From Candidatus Hodarchaeota archaeon (GTDB lineage: Archaea; Asgardarchaeota; Heimdallarchaeia; Hodarchaeales; Hodarchaeaceae): DNA of 20,315 nucleotides. Made by a program: the position numbers and the translations under genes. Shown here piece by piece: positions 6,815 to 17,962 of the stretch (the first letter of the stretch is position 1; each line of letters begins with the position of its first letter). The notes under the pieces are model-generated. The model ran no database searches and was not told where the DNA came from. It saw only the letters and a program-made list of their open reading frames with translations. Location: positions 1 to 20,315 of the forward strand of contig JAEOTC010000091.1 of NCBI GenBank assembly GCA_016840035.1. The letters run 5' to 3'.

Positions 6815-8086
6815 ATGATTGACATCAAAATTTTTCGTGAAAATCCAGAAATTATTCGTGAATCAGAAAAAAAGAGATTCAAGGATGTTTCACGAGTAGA
6901 TAAAGTGATTAAACTTGATGAACAGTGGCGAAAACTTTTGCAGGAAGTTAATGATCTTCGAAAGGAACGGAACACCATTAGTCGACAGATTGGCCCACTC
7001 AAAAAGAAAGGGGAAGACATTTCTTCTCTCACTAAACGAGTTACTAAAATCAAGAAGGCCATTGCTCAAAAAGAGAATAAAAGTAACAAAATTCTTGAGG
7101 AACGAGATAGTCTTCGTTATGTTATAGGGAATATTCTTCTCCCAGGAGTTCCTATTGCCGAAAATGAGGAAGGAGATGAAACTATTCGGACTTGGGGAAC
7201 GATACCTAAATTCACGTTTCCAATTAAAGGCCATACAAATTTAGTGGAGTCACTTAATGGAGCAGAGCTTAATAAAGCTGCAGAAGTAAGTGGATCAAGA
7301 ACATATTACCTTAAAAATGACCTAGTTTTCTTGAATCTGGCTTTAATTCAATACGCGCTACAGCTACTTTCAGAAAAAGGATTTACTCCGTTCTGGACCC
7401 CTCCTTTCCTTCGAAGGGAGGTTATGGAAGGAGCAAGTGAGTTGGATGACTTTGAAGACCAATTGTATCATGATTCGAAAGAGAATGTTTTCTTTATCGC
7501 AACCTCTGAACAAACCCTAGCCGCCTTACATAAAGATGAATTAATCGATATTGACACCCTTCCGCGAAAATATTGTGGAATCTCCCAATGCTACCGGAGA
7601 GAAGCAGGTTCTCATGGTAAAGATACTAAAGGGATCTTTCGTGTGCATCATTTTGAAAAAGTGGAACAATTCGCTTTCTCACATCCTGAATCATCAGAAG
7701 ACATGCATGAAGAGATGATCCAAAATGCTGAGGTACTTTTTCAAGGTCTAAAGCTTCCTTACCGAATTGTTAACATTGCATCTGGTGAGTTGAATGCCAA
7801 TGCTGCAAAGAAATATGATTTAGAAGCATGGTTTCCTGCCCAAAATGCCTATCGTGAGTTAGTTTCTTGCTCAAATGTTACGGATTATCAGGCAAGAAAA
7901 TTAAATGTTACTACAGGTAAGGCTGGAGGAGAAAAAACCTTCGTACATACCTTAAATTCCACCGCAATCGCCACTGAAAGAACGATATGCGCAATTTTGG
8001 AAAATTATCAACAGGAAGATGGTTCAGTTGTTATTCCAGAGGTTTTACGTCCTTTTATGAATGGAAAAACTTCAATTTCTTTGTAA
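6815..8086 (+). CDS. serS: Serine--tRNA ligase (canonical, archaeal/eukaryotic-like; not the methanogen type)
   Basis: N-terminal coiled-coil arm (MIDIKIFRENPE...), IATSEQ, class II motif 2 YRREAGSHGKDTKGIFRVHHFEKVEQF, KYDLEAWFP, ELVSCSN, motif 3 HTLNSTAIATERTICAILENYQ. Confidence 0.97.
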   Translation: MIDIKIFRENPEIIRESEKKRFKDVSRVDKVIKLDEQWRKLLQEVNDLRKERNTISRQIGPLKKKGEDISSLTKRVTKIKKAIAQKENKSNKILEERDSLRYVIGNILLPGVPIAENEEGDETIRTWGTIPKFTFPIKGHTNLVESLNGAELNKAAEVSGSRTYYLKNDLVFLNLALIQYALQLLSEKGFTPFWTPPFLRREVMEGASELDDFEDQLYHDSKENVFFIATSEQTLAALHKDELIDIDTLPRKYCGISQCYRREAGSHGKDTKGIFRVHHFEKVEQFAFSHPESSEDMHEEMIQNAEVLFQGLKLPYRIVNIASGELNANAAKKYDLEAWFPAQNAYRELVSCSNVTDYQARKLNVTTGKAGGEKTFVHTLNSTAIATERTICAILENYQQEDGSVVIPEVLRPFMNGKTSISL

Positions 8087-8247
8087 AGTGACTCTTCAAC
8101 CAAGAGTTTCTATTCACTAATCCCTTGGTATCACTTTCATGATTAACAGCCTCATCAGCTGAAAAATACTTGTCAATTTGCTAAAAATTGTATCAGAAAG
8201 TCTATTATAGATGATTGAATTATTAATCTCACTAGGTGAGATACAAG

Positions 8248-8571
8248 TTGAGTATTGAGGATTCAGAAGATGAGGCAAAGTTAAAAAATCGTAAGATGCC
8301 TTTAATTACCTCCTTCCCCACTCCTGTTGATCCATGTGAGTTAACTCCTACAGAACAACGAGTTTATCTCCAATTATCACTCGAATTTAGTCTAATCTTA
8401 GATGAAGCTCCCAGTTTTCAGATGGGTGCATATCAGTGGAATTTAGTTCTTCCTAGCCGTTTACAAAAATTTGCTTTAACTACCGAAGCATGGGAAAAAC
8501 TATCATCTCTAGGTGATAGCTCTGAGGAGCTACAAACACAGCTAGCAGATTTAGTGGAACGACATAATTGA
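8248..8571 (+). CDS. Small hypothetical protein
   Basis: Fills the gap between serS and the convergent PAC2 gene. AGGTGA precedes TTG 8248 (alternatives GTG 8236 and a later ATG). No recognisable family. Confidence 0.6.
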   Translation: MSIEDSEDEAKLKNRKMPLITSFPTPVDPCELTPTEQRVYLQLSLEFSLILDEAPSFQMGAYQWNLVLPSRLQKFALTTEAWEKLSSLGDSSEELQTQLADLVERHN

Positions 8572-8587
8572 TTTATTTGTGAATCTA

Positions 8588-9376
8588 TCAGATATAGGTC
8601 TTGTCTGGTTTCCCTATTTGCTTCTCATCATCAACGGCTGCAGTAGCTTGTCCTCTCATCGATAGTGCTAATTGCTCAATCTTTTCTGCTTGAGCTAATA
8701 TTGGCTCGATACCAACACTCAATGATGGAACCAGCTGATTTAATACCTCAATAATTCGGGCAGCGGTTCGAATTTCTGGATAATGCTGTCTAACTTCTCC
8801 TAGAAGAACTATTACCTCAGATTTGTTGAACCACCCCTCATTTAGTAATACAGCACTTAATCCTTTGATTACACCATGATTTAATGGAGGAATTTGTTTA
8901 GAATCGAGAATTGCCCTACATGAATCAGTAGTTCCTACTCCGAATATTTTCATAGGTAATTGCTGGGGTGAATGTGCTTGCTCACTCATGAATCCTTCAA
9001 TAGACACTATTCGACTGATTTCTTTCCTTTTTGCCCAATTAAAGATTTTTCTTCCAATTTCACGTGTTATAGGGGCGTATTGAGGGATTTCTGAGGCTAA
9101 GAGAGCGATCTTCGTATCAGCATTAGTGTTCGCATAAATCCGTATGGGGAACTTAGGCCGATTGAAATAAACCATACATACCGAAGGTAACTGACTGCTA
9201 TCTCCAACAGCTATTTGATCGTAATTCCAATGTTCTGGTCTTCCCCCAGCTTCAAGAATTATGTTTGCTACAATGAGAGCCAAACTACTCGTTGAAGGAA
9301 AACACTCTATTAAGGTTCCTCCAGTAAGATCAATATCAGCAATATCACGTATTTCAAAATCATGAACAGGTTGCAT
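8588..9376 (-). CDS. Proteasome assembly chaperone PAC2 family protein (PbaA/PbaB-like)
   Basis: LIECFPSTSSLALIV (degenerate GFPGxGxVG), PKFPIRIY, LASEIP, ISRIVSIEG, GVIKGLSAVLL, YPEIRTAARII, ILAQAEKIE; ends in TYI. Confidence 0.85.
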   Translation of the reverse strand: MQPVHDFEIRDIADIDLTGGTLIECFPSTSSLALIVANIILEAGGRPEHWNYDQIAVGDSSQLPSVCMVYFNRPKFPIRIYANTNADTKIALLASEIPQYAPITREIGRKIFNWAKRKEISRIVSIEGFMSEQAHSPQQLPMKIFGVGTTDSCRAILDSKQIPPLNHGVIKGLSAVLLNEGWFNKSEVIVLLGEVRQHYPEIRTAARIIEVLNQLVPSLSVGIEPILAQAEKIEQLALSMRGQATAAVDDEKQIGKPDKTYI

Positions 9377-9409
9377 AACTAACCTATTTCACTAATATCC
9401 CTAAAAAGG

Positions 9410-9446
9410 TTTTACTTAAGGAGTAAAAAAAAGAAAAGAGAGGAAA
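9410..9446 (-). terminator. Oligo-T terminator after cdc48 with small hairpin
   Basis: Minus strand reads TTTCCTCTCTTTTCTTTTTTTTACT after the cdc48 stop; TTTTACT(9410-9416)/AGTAAAA(9422-9428) inverted repeat. Confidence 0.5.
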
Positions 9447-9456
9447 TTGTTAGTTG

Positions 9457-12119
<2,663 letters not shown>

Positions 12120-12147
12120 AATATTTCTTCCTTTAGTGTTTAAATAA

Positions 12148-12191
12148 TTTTATTCACATCTAGTATATATATTTATCGAATGTGAATAAAA
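12148..12191. promoter_or_regulatory. 12-bp perfect inverted repeat flanking a TATA-like box (candidate operator of hsp20-cdc48)
   Basis: TTTTATTCACAT (12148-12159), 20-bp spacer CTAGTATATATATTTATCGA, ATGTGAATAAAA (12180-12191). Confidence 0.6.
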
Positions 12192-12478
12192 ATAGAATTA
12201 GCATTTATATCGGAGGTTTTTGTATTTAATACCTTTAAAAATATTTGTTTCCTATTTAAAATATTTTTAGGGAATATAATCAACTAAAAACCATACTTGC
12301 TACTCCATAATAGTATATTTTATCATTAACTTTTGAGGAAATAATTTATTCACACTATTTATCCTCACTTATTTAGTTAATAGGAAAAGATCCCATAAGA
12401 ACGTTTGATAAATTGCAGAAAACTTGAAAAGTTGATGAATGATCCAATTTCAGACTTCCAAAGAAAAGCAATTCAATC

Positions 12479-13558
12479 ATGAATTTATCTTCTAACGAAA
12501 TGAATAAGTTTAGACCGAATAGAGGTTATCTTTTGGCTTCAGAAGACTTGACAAAACGTCCACTCCATTTACGGAAAGATTTCGAACCACTTGTCACCCA
12601 CTTAGAAATTGCATTTGCTACCGAGATTGAAGCCAGGGGGATGGATATCAGAGCTGAGCTACTTAATTATAAAAGAATTCTTCCATTAATTAAAATTTTA
12701 GGATTATTTTCGAAAACTTTTAGATATCCTATGAATGGATTTATCTTTGAGACAAAAGACAAACAAATCGTCGCCTCCGCTAATACTAGTTCCCTCACTA
12801 ACCGTTGGGAAATAGCCATGGTAGCCACACACCCTGATTATAGAAGGATGGGTTTGGCCAGAGAATTAGTAACAGATATTATCAATTTTGTGAAAGATAA
12901 AAAGGGAAAGGTGTGTACTTTAGAAGTAATCGCCGAAAATACTCCTGCTTATAATTTATATATAGATTTAGGGTTTACTCATTATGATAGTATAGCAGAG
13001 ATGAAATTATCTCCAGATAACTGGCCTGAAAATGAAACAATTGCTTTTCCTGATGGCTATTCGAAATTTCCTCTGAAAAGAGACAAAAAGACAAACGATG
13101 ATCGATACAAATTAGTTCGAAAGGCCACACCGAAGAAGGTTCAGGACTTTCTTCCTATTGATAAGAATCGATTTAAAAAATCCAGACTAAAAAATTTGAT
13201 TCGTCCTTTACTCATACGACTTTTTTCACTTAAAGTTAACTCTTGGGTTATCTCCTTCCAAGATGAGTTGGTTGGTACAATTTTTGTTGAAATCGAACAA
13301 TCAGGAAAAAATCCACACAAAATTGAGCTGGTAATTGATCCCGATCATCAAGCTGACATCTCATTAGCGATGATAAGAACCGCTCTCTCAAAAATAAAAA
13401 CCAGTGGCTTAACAGATCAAAATATAATGATTAGTATCAGAAGTACGAACTCTGATCTAATGATGACTTTGAGGAACTTAGGTTTCACAGTTGTCGAGAA
13501 CAATCATAAGCTTGGATTAAAATTTGAGTCGAAAGATTATTCCTATCTCTATTATTAA
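12479..13558 (+). CDS. GNAT family N-acetyltransferase with a second, degenerate GNAT-like domain
   Basis: WEIAMVATHPDYRRMGLAREL (motif A) and LEVIAENTPAYNLYIDLGF (motif B); C-terminal half ends in LRNLGF. Confidence 0.88.
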   Translation: MNLSSNEMNKFRPNRGYLLASEDLTKRPLHLRKDFEPLVTHLEIAFATEIEARGMDIRAELLNYKRILPLIKILGLFSKTFRYPMNGFIFETKDKQIVASANTSSLTNRWEIAMVATHPDYRRMGLARELVTDIINFVKDKKGKVCTLEVIAENTPAYNLYIDLGFTHYDSIAEMKLSPDNWPENETIAFPDGYSKFPLKRDKKTNDDRYKLVRKATPKKVQDFLPIDKNRFKKSRLKNLIRPLLIRLFSLKVNSWVISFQDELVGTIFVEIEQSGKNPHKIELVIDPDHQADISLAMIRTALSKIKTSGLTDQNIMISIRSTNSDLMMTLRNLGFTVVENNHKLGLKFESKDYSYLYY

Positions 13559-13565
13559 TTCGAAT

Positions 13566-14393
13566 CTACCCAATCTCCTTGAGAAATCGTATCCAGTGTT
13601 GTATTGATCTTGTTTTTCTTTCCTTTCGTTCTGAATAGTAATAATCAGGAAATTTAGGATCAGTTTCGATCTCCTCAGAGGTGAAACCTGCTACGAGTTT
13701 ATCCTGAATAAAATCAATGGAGGCTTTAAAAAAATCATTAATTTCCGTTAGATCTTGAATTGTAGCTGTAGGGCCATGCCCACTTATCACAATGTCAGGA
13801 TTTAGATCTATTAGTTCCTCCATCGCTTTTTGCCATTGAATAATATTGCATGATTCATCTGCCCCAAAAGGACCTTCTCTATTGAAAACAAGATCACCCG
13901 CAATTAAAATTTTAGTATCAGCTAACCATAGATAAGTACTCCCAGTGGTGTGTCCATCTACTCGAATTAAGTCTAAGGTTCTTGGACCCTTTAGTTGATA
14001 AGTTTGTTCAAAACAAATGGTTGGTAAAGTGAACTGAAATCCTTCTATCCCATATCCACCATTTTCCCAATCCTCTCGCTCAGCTTGATCTACATTCTCC
14101 CAATACTCTGTTTGAAAATTTTTCATCATATCTTTAGTGCCAGTAGACGCAATTATTGGCACGTCAGAAAAAATTTGATTCCCGAATACGTGATCAGGAT
14201 GATGATGTGTCAATATTAAACCCCCAACCTTAATTTGAAAGTATTCTTCGACCATCTCTCTCCATTCAGCTGCTAATTCCCAATTCAGCATGGAATCAAC
14301 AATAAAGACTTTCTCCCCTAAATTTATGGCAATACTATTCCCGTATCCCACACCAGTCCAAATTATGTTTTCTCCGGCACTTTGATAGTCCAT
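13566..14393 (-). CDS. Metallo-beta-lactamase fold hydrolase (cyclase-like)
   Basis: LTHHHPDHVFGN (HxHxDH), GHTTGS, IAGDLVF, ISGHG. ATG 14393 with upstream GAGGA is preferred over 14426. Confidence 0.9.
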   Translation of the reverse strand: MDYQSAGENIIWTGVGYGNSIAINLGEKVFIVDSMLNWELAAEWREMVEEYFQIKVGGLILTHHHPDHVFGNQIFSDVPIIASTGTKDMMKNFQTEYWENVDQAEREDWENGGYGIEGFQFTLPTICFEQTYQLKGPRTLDLIRVDGHTTGSTYLWLADTKILIAGDLVFNREGPFGADESCNIIQWQKAMEELIDLNPDIVISGHGPTATIQDLTEINDFFKASIDFIQDKLVAGFTSEEIETDPKFPDYYYSERKERKTRSIQHWIRFLKEIG

Positions 14394-14458
14394 TTTCAGT
14401 TTCCTCTTAACGATTCTAATCATCAACTTCTTAAATTAACGTTGATGGCATTAACTTC

Positions 14459-14821
14459 ATGGAACAATTTAATCCTGCTCCAATTAAACCTGAAATCAAT
14501 TTGGATGATCTGAATAAAATTGATATTCGTGTTGGTAAAATCGAAAAAATCGAGGATCTTCCTAAATCTAAGAATATTGTAAAATTGAATGTAAATTTTG
14601 GAGATCACTCAAGAACTATCCTCGCTGGTATTAAACAAGAACGGGAAAACCCAAAAGAAATTGAGGGACAACAAGCGCTTTTTGTGATAAATCTTAAACC
14701 AAGAAAAATGATGGGAGAGGTTTCTGAAGGAATGTTATTTGATATCGGCTACTCAGACAAAATTACACCTGTATTAGCAATACCTGAAAAGCTAGTTCCG
14801 AACGGTACAAGAGCAGAATAA
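14459..14821 (+). CDS. Stand-alone tRNA-binding OB-fold protein (Trbp111/CsaA/EMAPII-like)
   Basis: IDIRVGKIEKIED, VNFGD..RTILAG, VINLKPRKMMGEVSEGML, VPNG motifs. Confidence 0.9.
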   Translation: MEQFNPAPIKPEINLDDLNKIDIRVGKIEKIEDLPKSKNIVKLNVNFGDHSRTILAGIKQERENPKEIEGQQALFVINLKPRKMMGEVSEGMLFDIGYSDKITPVLAIPEKLVPNGTRAE

Positions 14822-14857
14822 GAATTTGGTTGATCAAATAGGATGTTCAGAATCTTT

Positions 14858-14891
14858 TGATTTCTTTCGAATACCAAAGAAATCACTTTTT
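14858..14891 (+). terminator. Hairpin plus T-run terminator-like element
   Basis: TGATTTCTTT (14858-14867), 8-nt loop, AAAGAAATCA (14876-14885), followed by CTTTTT. Confidence 0.55.
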
Positions 14892-15012
14892 ATTCAATCT
14901 TTTTGAGTGATAAGTAATTTTGAAGCCTTTAAATTAAATCAATGATTTTCACATTAATACATAGTAGGGCTCGAAATTTTTACACTATATTTGACTGAAA
15001 AGGAGAATTTAA

Positions 15013-16335
15013 ATGGAAAAAACAACCTCTTCTATTAGAATTATCTCAGAGATATATAGAAACATCAATAAGACGTGGAATAGATTAATCGAACCATCAT
15101 CTACTTTAATAGACTCTGAGGATCAACGAAAATCTCGATTGATTTCATCTCTCATACTTATAGCTATAATAATTTTCTTAGTCTATATTGTTTCATTTTT
15201 ACTTTTTGATGCTTATGTTTTGAGAACCGAATTTACTGGAGAAGTGTTTTTGTATGTGATTAGTGATTCAATATCACTTATCATCCTAATTATCACATTA
15301 TTCGTTAGTAAAACCAAATATTATAACACTAGTTCATTAATATTTCTTATCACTTGTATAGGAATTTTGATATTTAATATTCTCGTTGAGGATGAAATAA
15401 TATTCCAAATAATTTTCATTCTTGCCTTATTTACATTTTTAATAATCTTTACAAGCTTAATGTATTCAACACGGACATTAGTGGTAGGTTTTTTTGTATA
15501 TTTAATGTTATTCCTAATAATTACCACAATTGTCAAACCACAAGATGGTAATGTCATACTTCTTTTAGCAAGTGTTTTTACTTTTCAATTCCTCCTAACT
15601 ATTGTCCAGAATCATCATTATTATCGACGAGTGGCAGAACTTGAAGTGGCTATTACTGAGAAGAAATTCGCTAAGGATCATTCAGATTTTTTAAACTCTC
15701 TTCTTACTCATGATATGGCTAATAAAATTACTAGAGTCAACGGATACTTATATTTGATGAGTAAAACGGAATTAGAAAGTGAAAAAGAGAATTATCTGGA
15801 ACGAACCGTTGCTACATGTAAAGAGGGTACAGATCTAATAAATAAAATTAATCACCTTCGGGATATTGAGGAATCAACTGATTTAGCAAACCAGAAAGTT
15901 AACCTTAGTTCAGTATTAGCACAAGTCGTAAATCTATACCAGGATCATGCATCTACTAATGGAATCAAAATTATTCTTAATGAACAAGAAGAAGACATTT
16001 CTGTTTCAGGAGGAGAGCTCCTCAAGGAACTATTTTCTAACCTCATAGAAAATTCCATTCACCATTCATCTGGAAGCTTGCTCAAAATTTCTCTTAATAA
16101 ATCACCAAAAATAATATCTGTTACTATTGAAGATAATGGAGTTGGGATTCCTGAAACTGTTTCTAAAAACCTGTTTAAAAGAGGAATTAAAGGAGAAAAA
16201 TCAAAAGGATCTGGAATTGGACTTTTCCTTGTAAAATCAATAGCTGAAAACCTTAACGTAAATATCTTAGTTGGAGAATCCTCGTTAGGAGGAGCTAAGT
16301 TTGTCCTTGAATTTAAACAGTTTAAGGCATTATAA
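15013..16335 (+). CDS. Membrane-bound sensor histidine kinase (orphan)
   Basis: About 6 TM segments in the N-terminal half; H-box LLTHDMANKIT, N-box LFSNLIENSIHH, G1 IEDNGVGIP, F-box LFKRG, G2 GSGIGLFLV; AGGAGA SD. Confidence 0.92.
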   Translation: MEKTTSSIRIISEIYRNINKTWNRLIEPSSTLIDSEDQRKSRLISSLILIAIIIFLVYIVSFLLFDAYVLRTEFTGEVFLYVISDSISLIILIITLFVSKTKYYNTSSLIFLITCIGILIFNILVEDEIIFQIIFILALFTFLIIFTSLMYSTRTLVVGFFVYLMLFLIITTIVKPQDGNVILLLASVFTFQFLLTIVQNHHYYRRVAELEVAITEKKFAKDHSDFLNSLLTHDMANKITRVNGYLYLMSKTELESEKENYLERTVATCKEGTDLINKINHLRDIEESTDLANQKVNLSSVLAQVVNLYQDHASTNGIKIILNEQEEDISVSGGELLKELFSNLIENSIHHSSGSLLKISLNKSPKIISVTIEDNGVGIPETVSKNLFKRGIKGEKSKGSGIGLFLVKSIAENLNVNILVGESSLGGAKFVLEFKQFKAL

Positions 16336-16516
16336 AAGAAAAATGAATCCTCTTCTGTGAAGAATTATAAGTTTTCTCAATTCTTTGGATGTCTGATAAA
16401 CAAACAGTTAAAAATGTATTGTTTCGGAGCTTTTGAAAACCGCTAATTACTTTTCTCTGCTTTCCTTTGATTACCGAGTACGAATTAGTTTTATCCAGAT
16501 TTTAAAAGTGATACCT

Positions 16517-17419
16517 GTGAGTAAACCATCACTGACTTCATATGGAGCAATGACCATTGCGATTCTTGGGTGGGGATTATCATCCAGTTTCATTGAGTTT
16601 GGCCTAGATTTTGTTAGTCCTCTTCCTTTTTTATTTTATCGATTCGGACTTGCTACCATTACTTTAACTCCACTGGTTGTCATTTTCCGTACTTCAGAAT
16701 TTCTTCAATTGATAAAAAATAAATGGACTTGGGTTATTGGTATTTCCGAAGCTACTGGATTAACTTTACAATATTTAGGCCAAGAACGTGAAGTAATGGC
16801 AGGATTAGCGGCACTATTATCCTTAAGTTTTATAGTCATTGTGCCATTTATTTCTCCCTTTATAGTAAATGAGAAATTGGAAAAAAATCATGTAATAGCT
16901 ATGTCTATTGCATTTATTGGTGTAGTCTTTATTTCAAGCGAGGGAGATTTGAATAATTTGACAGGTAGTTCTATCTTAGGGATAATCTTACTACTTGGTG
17001 CGGCTGTTGGCTATGCATTTTATATTATATCGACCTCAAGATTAACAACTATAGAAAAACCAAATGTAGATACATTTACTTTATTTTACTCGGTCTTATT
17101 GATTATTACACTTTCTAGTCTTGTAGCAACCATTTCATTCAGTCCAATTGGTGCGGTTCCTACCGAGGGAATTCAATGGATTGTGTTACTCACGATATTT
17201 TCCACCCTAATCGCGTTTTTTACATATTTCAGAGCATTACAAGAAATTTCCGCCAATGTAGCTTCAGTATTATTGCCTTTACAAGTTCTTGTTCCATTTA
17301 TCATTGATTTTTTTATTCTCGATAGAACATACTCATTATGGATTCTTACTGGTTCCTCTCTAATTATTTTTGCAATGGTGATTGTTGTTATCCAACCATA
17401 TCTTGAAGGCTCTTCATAA
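16517..17419 (+). CDS. EamA/DMT family transporter
   Basis: AILGWGLS...SPLPFLFYRF, AGLAALL, IVNEKL; second repeat GIILLLGAAVGYAFY...YFRALQEISANVASV; about 10 TM. Start probably GTG 16517 (the ORF extends to 16433). Confidence 0.88.
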   Translation: MSKPSLTSYGAMTIAILGWGLSSSFIEFGLDFVSPLPFLFYRFGLATITLTPLVVIFRTSEFLQLIKNKWTWVIGISEATGLTLQYLGQEREVMAGLAALLSLSFIVIVPFISPFIVNEKLEKNHVIAMSIAFIGVVFISSEGDLNNLTGSSILGIILLLGAAVGYAFYIISTSRLTTIEKPNVDTFTLFYSVLLIITLSSLVATISFSPIGAVPTEGIQWIVLLTIFSTLIAFFTYFRALQEISANVASVLLPLQVLVPFIIDFFILDRTYSLWILTGSSLIIFAMVIVVIQPYLEGSS

Positions 17420-17438
17420 GAAGTTCAGCACCCTTTTT

Positions 17439-17915
17439 TCAGGATAAACTCTGTCTAATACTATCTGCTAACATAATATTTCGTTTCAGCCATATAGGAA
17501 TACTGGAATGATTTATTACTTCTTCAATTGTCATCCAATACACTTTAGCTACTTCATCAGGGCTTTTACAATATGCTCTTCCAGATTTATATTTACACAA
17601 GAATACAATATCAACAACAGGTTCTTCAACAGCGAAAAAAAGACTACTGTTCACGTACGTCATTTCTTCTTCAACCTCAATTCCCACTTCCTCATAGATT
17701 TCCCTAATTAGTGTCTTTTCAAGAATATCGCTCTCCTCCTCCATTTTATCAACTTTACCCCCCACAAAGGATATGAAACCTCCTCCGTATTTTTCTTTTT
17801 CGCTTCTCTTAATTAATAACCATTTTTCTTCTTTGAATATTGCTGCTTCAACATTCATAATGTAACAAATGGGAGAGGGTTCTTGATTTTTAGAGTTCAT
17901 AACGTTTCTCACCAT
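17439..17915 (-). CDS. NUDIX hydrolase
   Basis: Nudix box GGKVDKMEEESDILEKTLIREIYEEVGI (with short insertion); WLLIKRS. Confidence 0.9.
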   Translation of the reverse strand: MVRNVMNSKNQEPSPICYIMNVEAAIFKEEKWLLIKRSEKEKYGGGFISFVGGKVDKMEEESDILEKTLIREIYEEVGIEVEEEMTYVNSSLFFAVEEPVVDIVFLCKYKSGRAYCKSPDEVAKVYWMTIEEVINHSSIPIWLKRNIMLADSIRQSLS

Positions 17916-17962
17916 TAGAAAGTAGATATAATAAGAATCAACCAGTCTATATGCTTATTCAC

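Noticed and set aside
1416-7234. Overlapping/antisense ORFs 1416-1745, 1906-2178, 3326-3643, 3651-3878, 4618-4815, 4947-5339, 6084-6284, 6787-7062, 6890-7234, 6915-7127
   Set aside because: They lie within or largely overlap well-supported genes, with no family motifs; consistent with shadow ORFs.
12430-12478. TGATGA box-C-like motif (also on the minus strand near 8151-8156) as C/D sRNA
   Set aside because: No correctly spaced CTGA D/D' boxes.
13547-13558. GNAT C-terminus LYY and gelsolin C-terminus KYV resemble HbYX
   Set aside because: No reason to expect proteasome docking for these families; likely chance.
16346-16425. Weak stems (AAGAATT/AATTCTT, AAACA/TGTTT) after the kinase gene
   Set aside because: Short AU-rich pairings without a distinctive arrangement.
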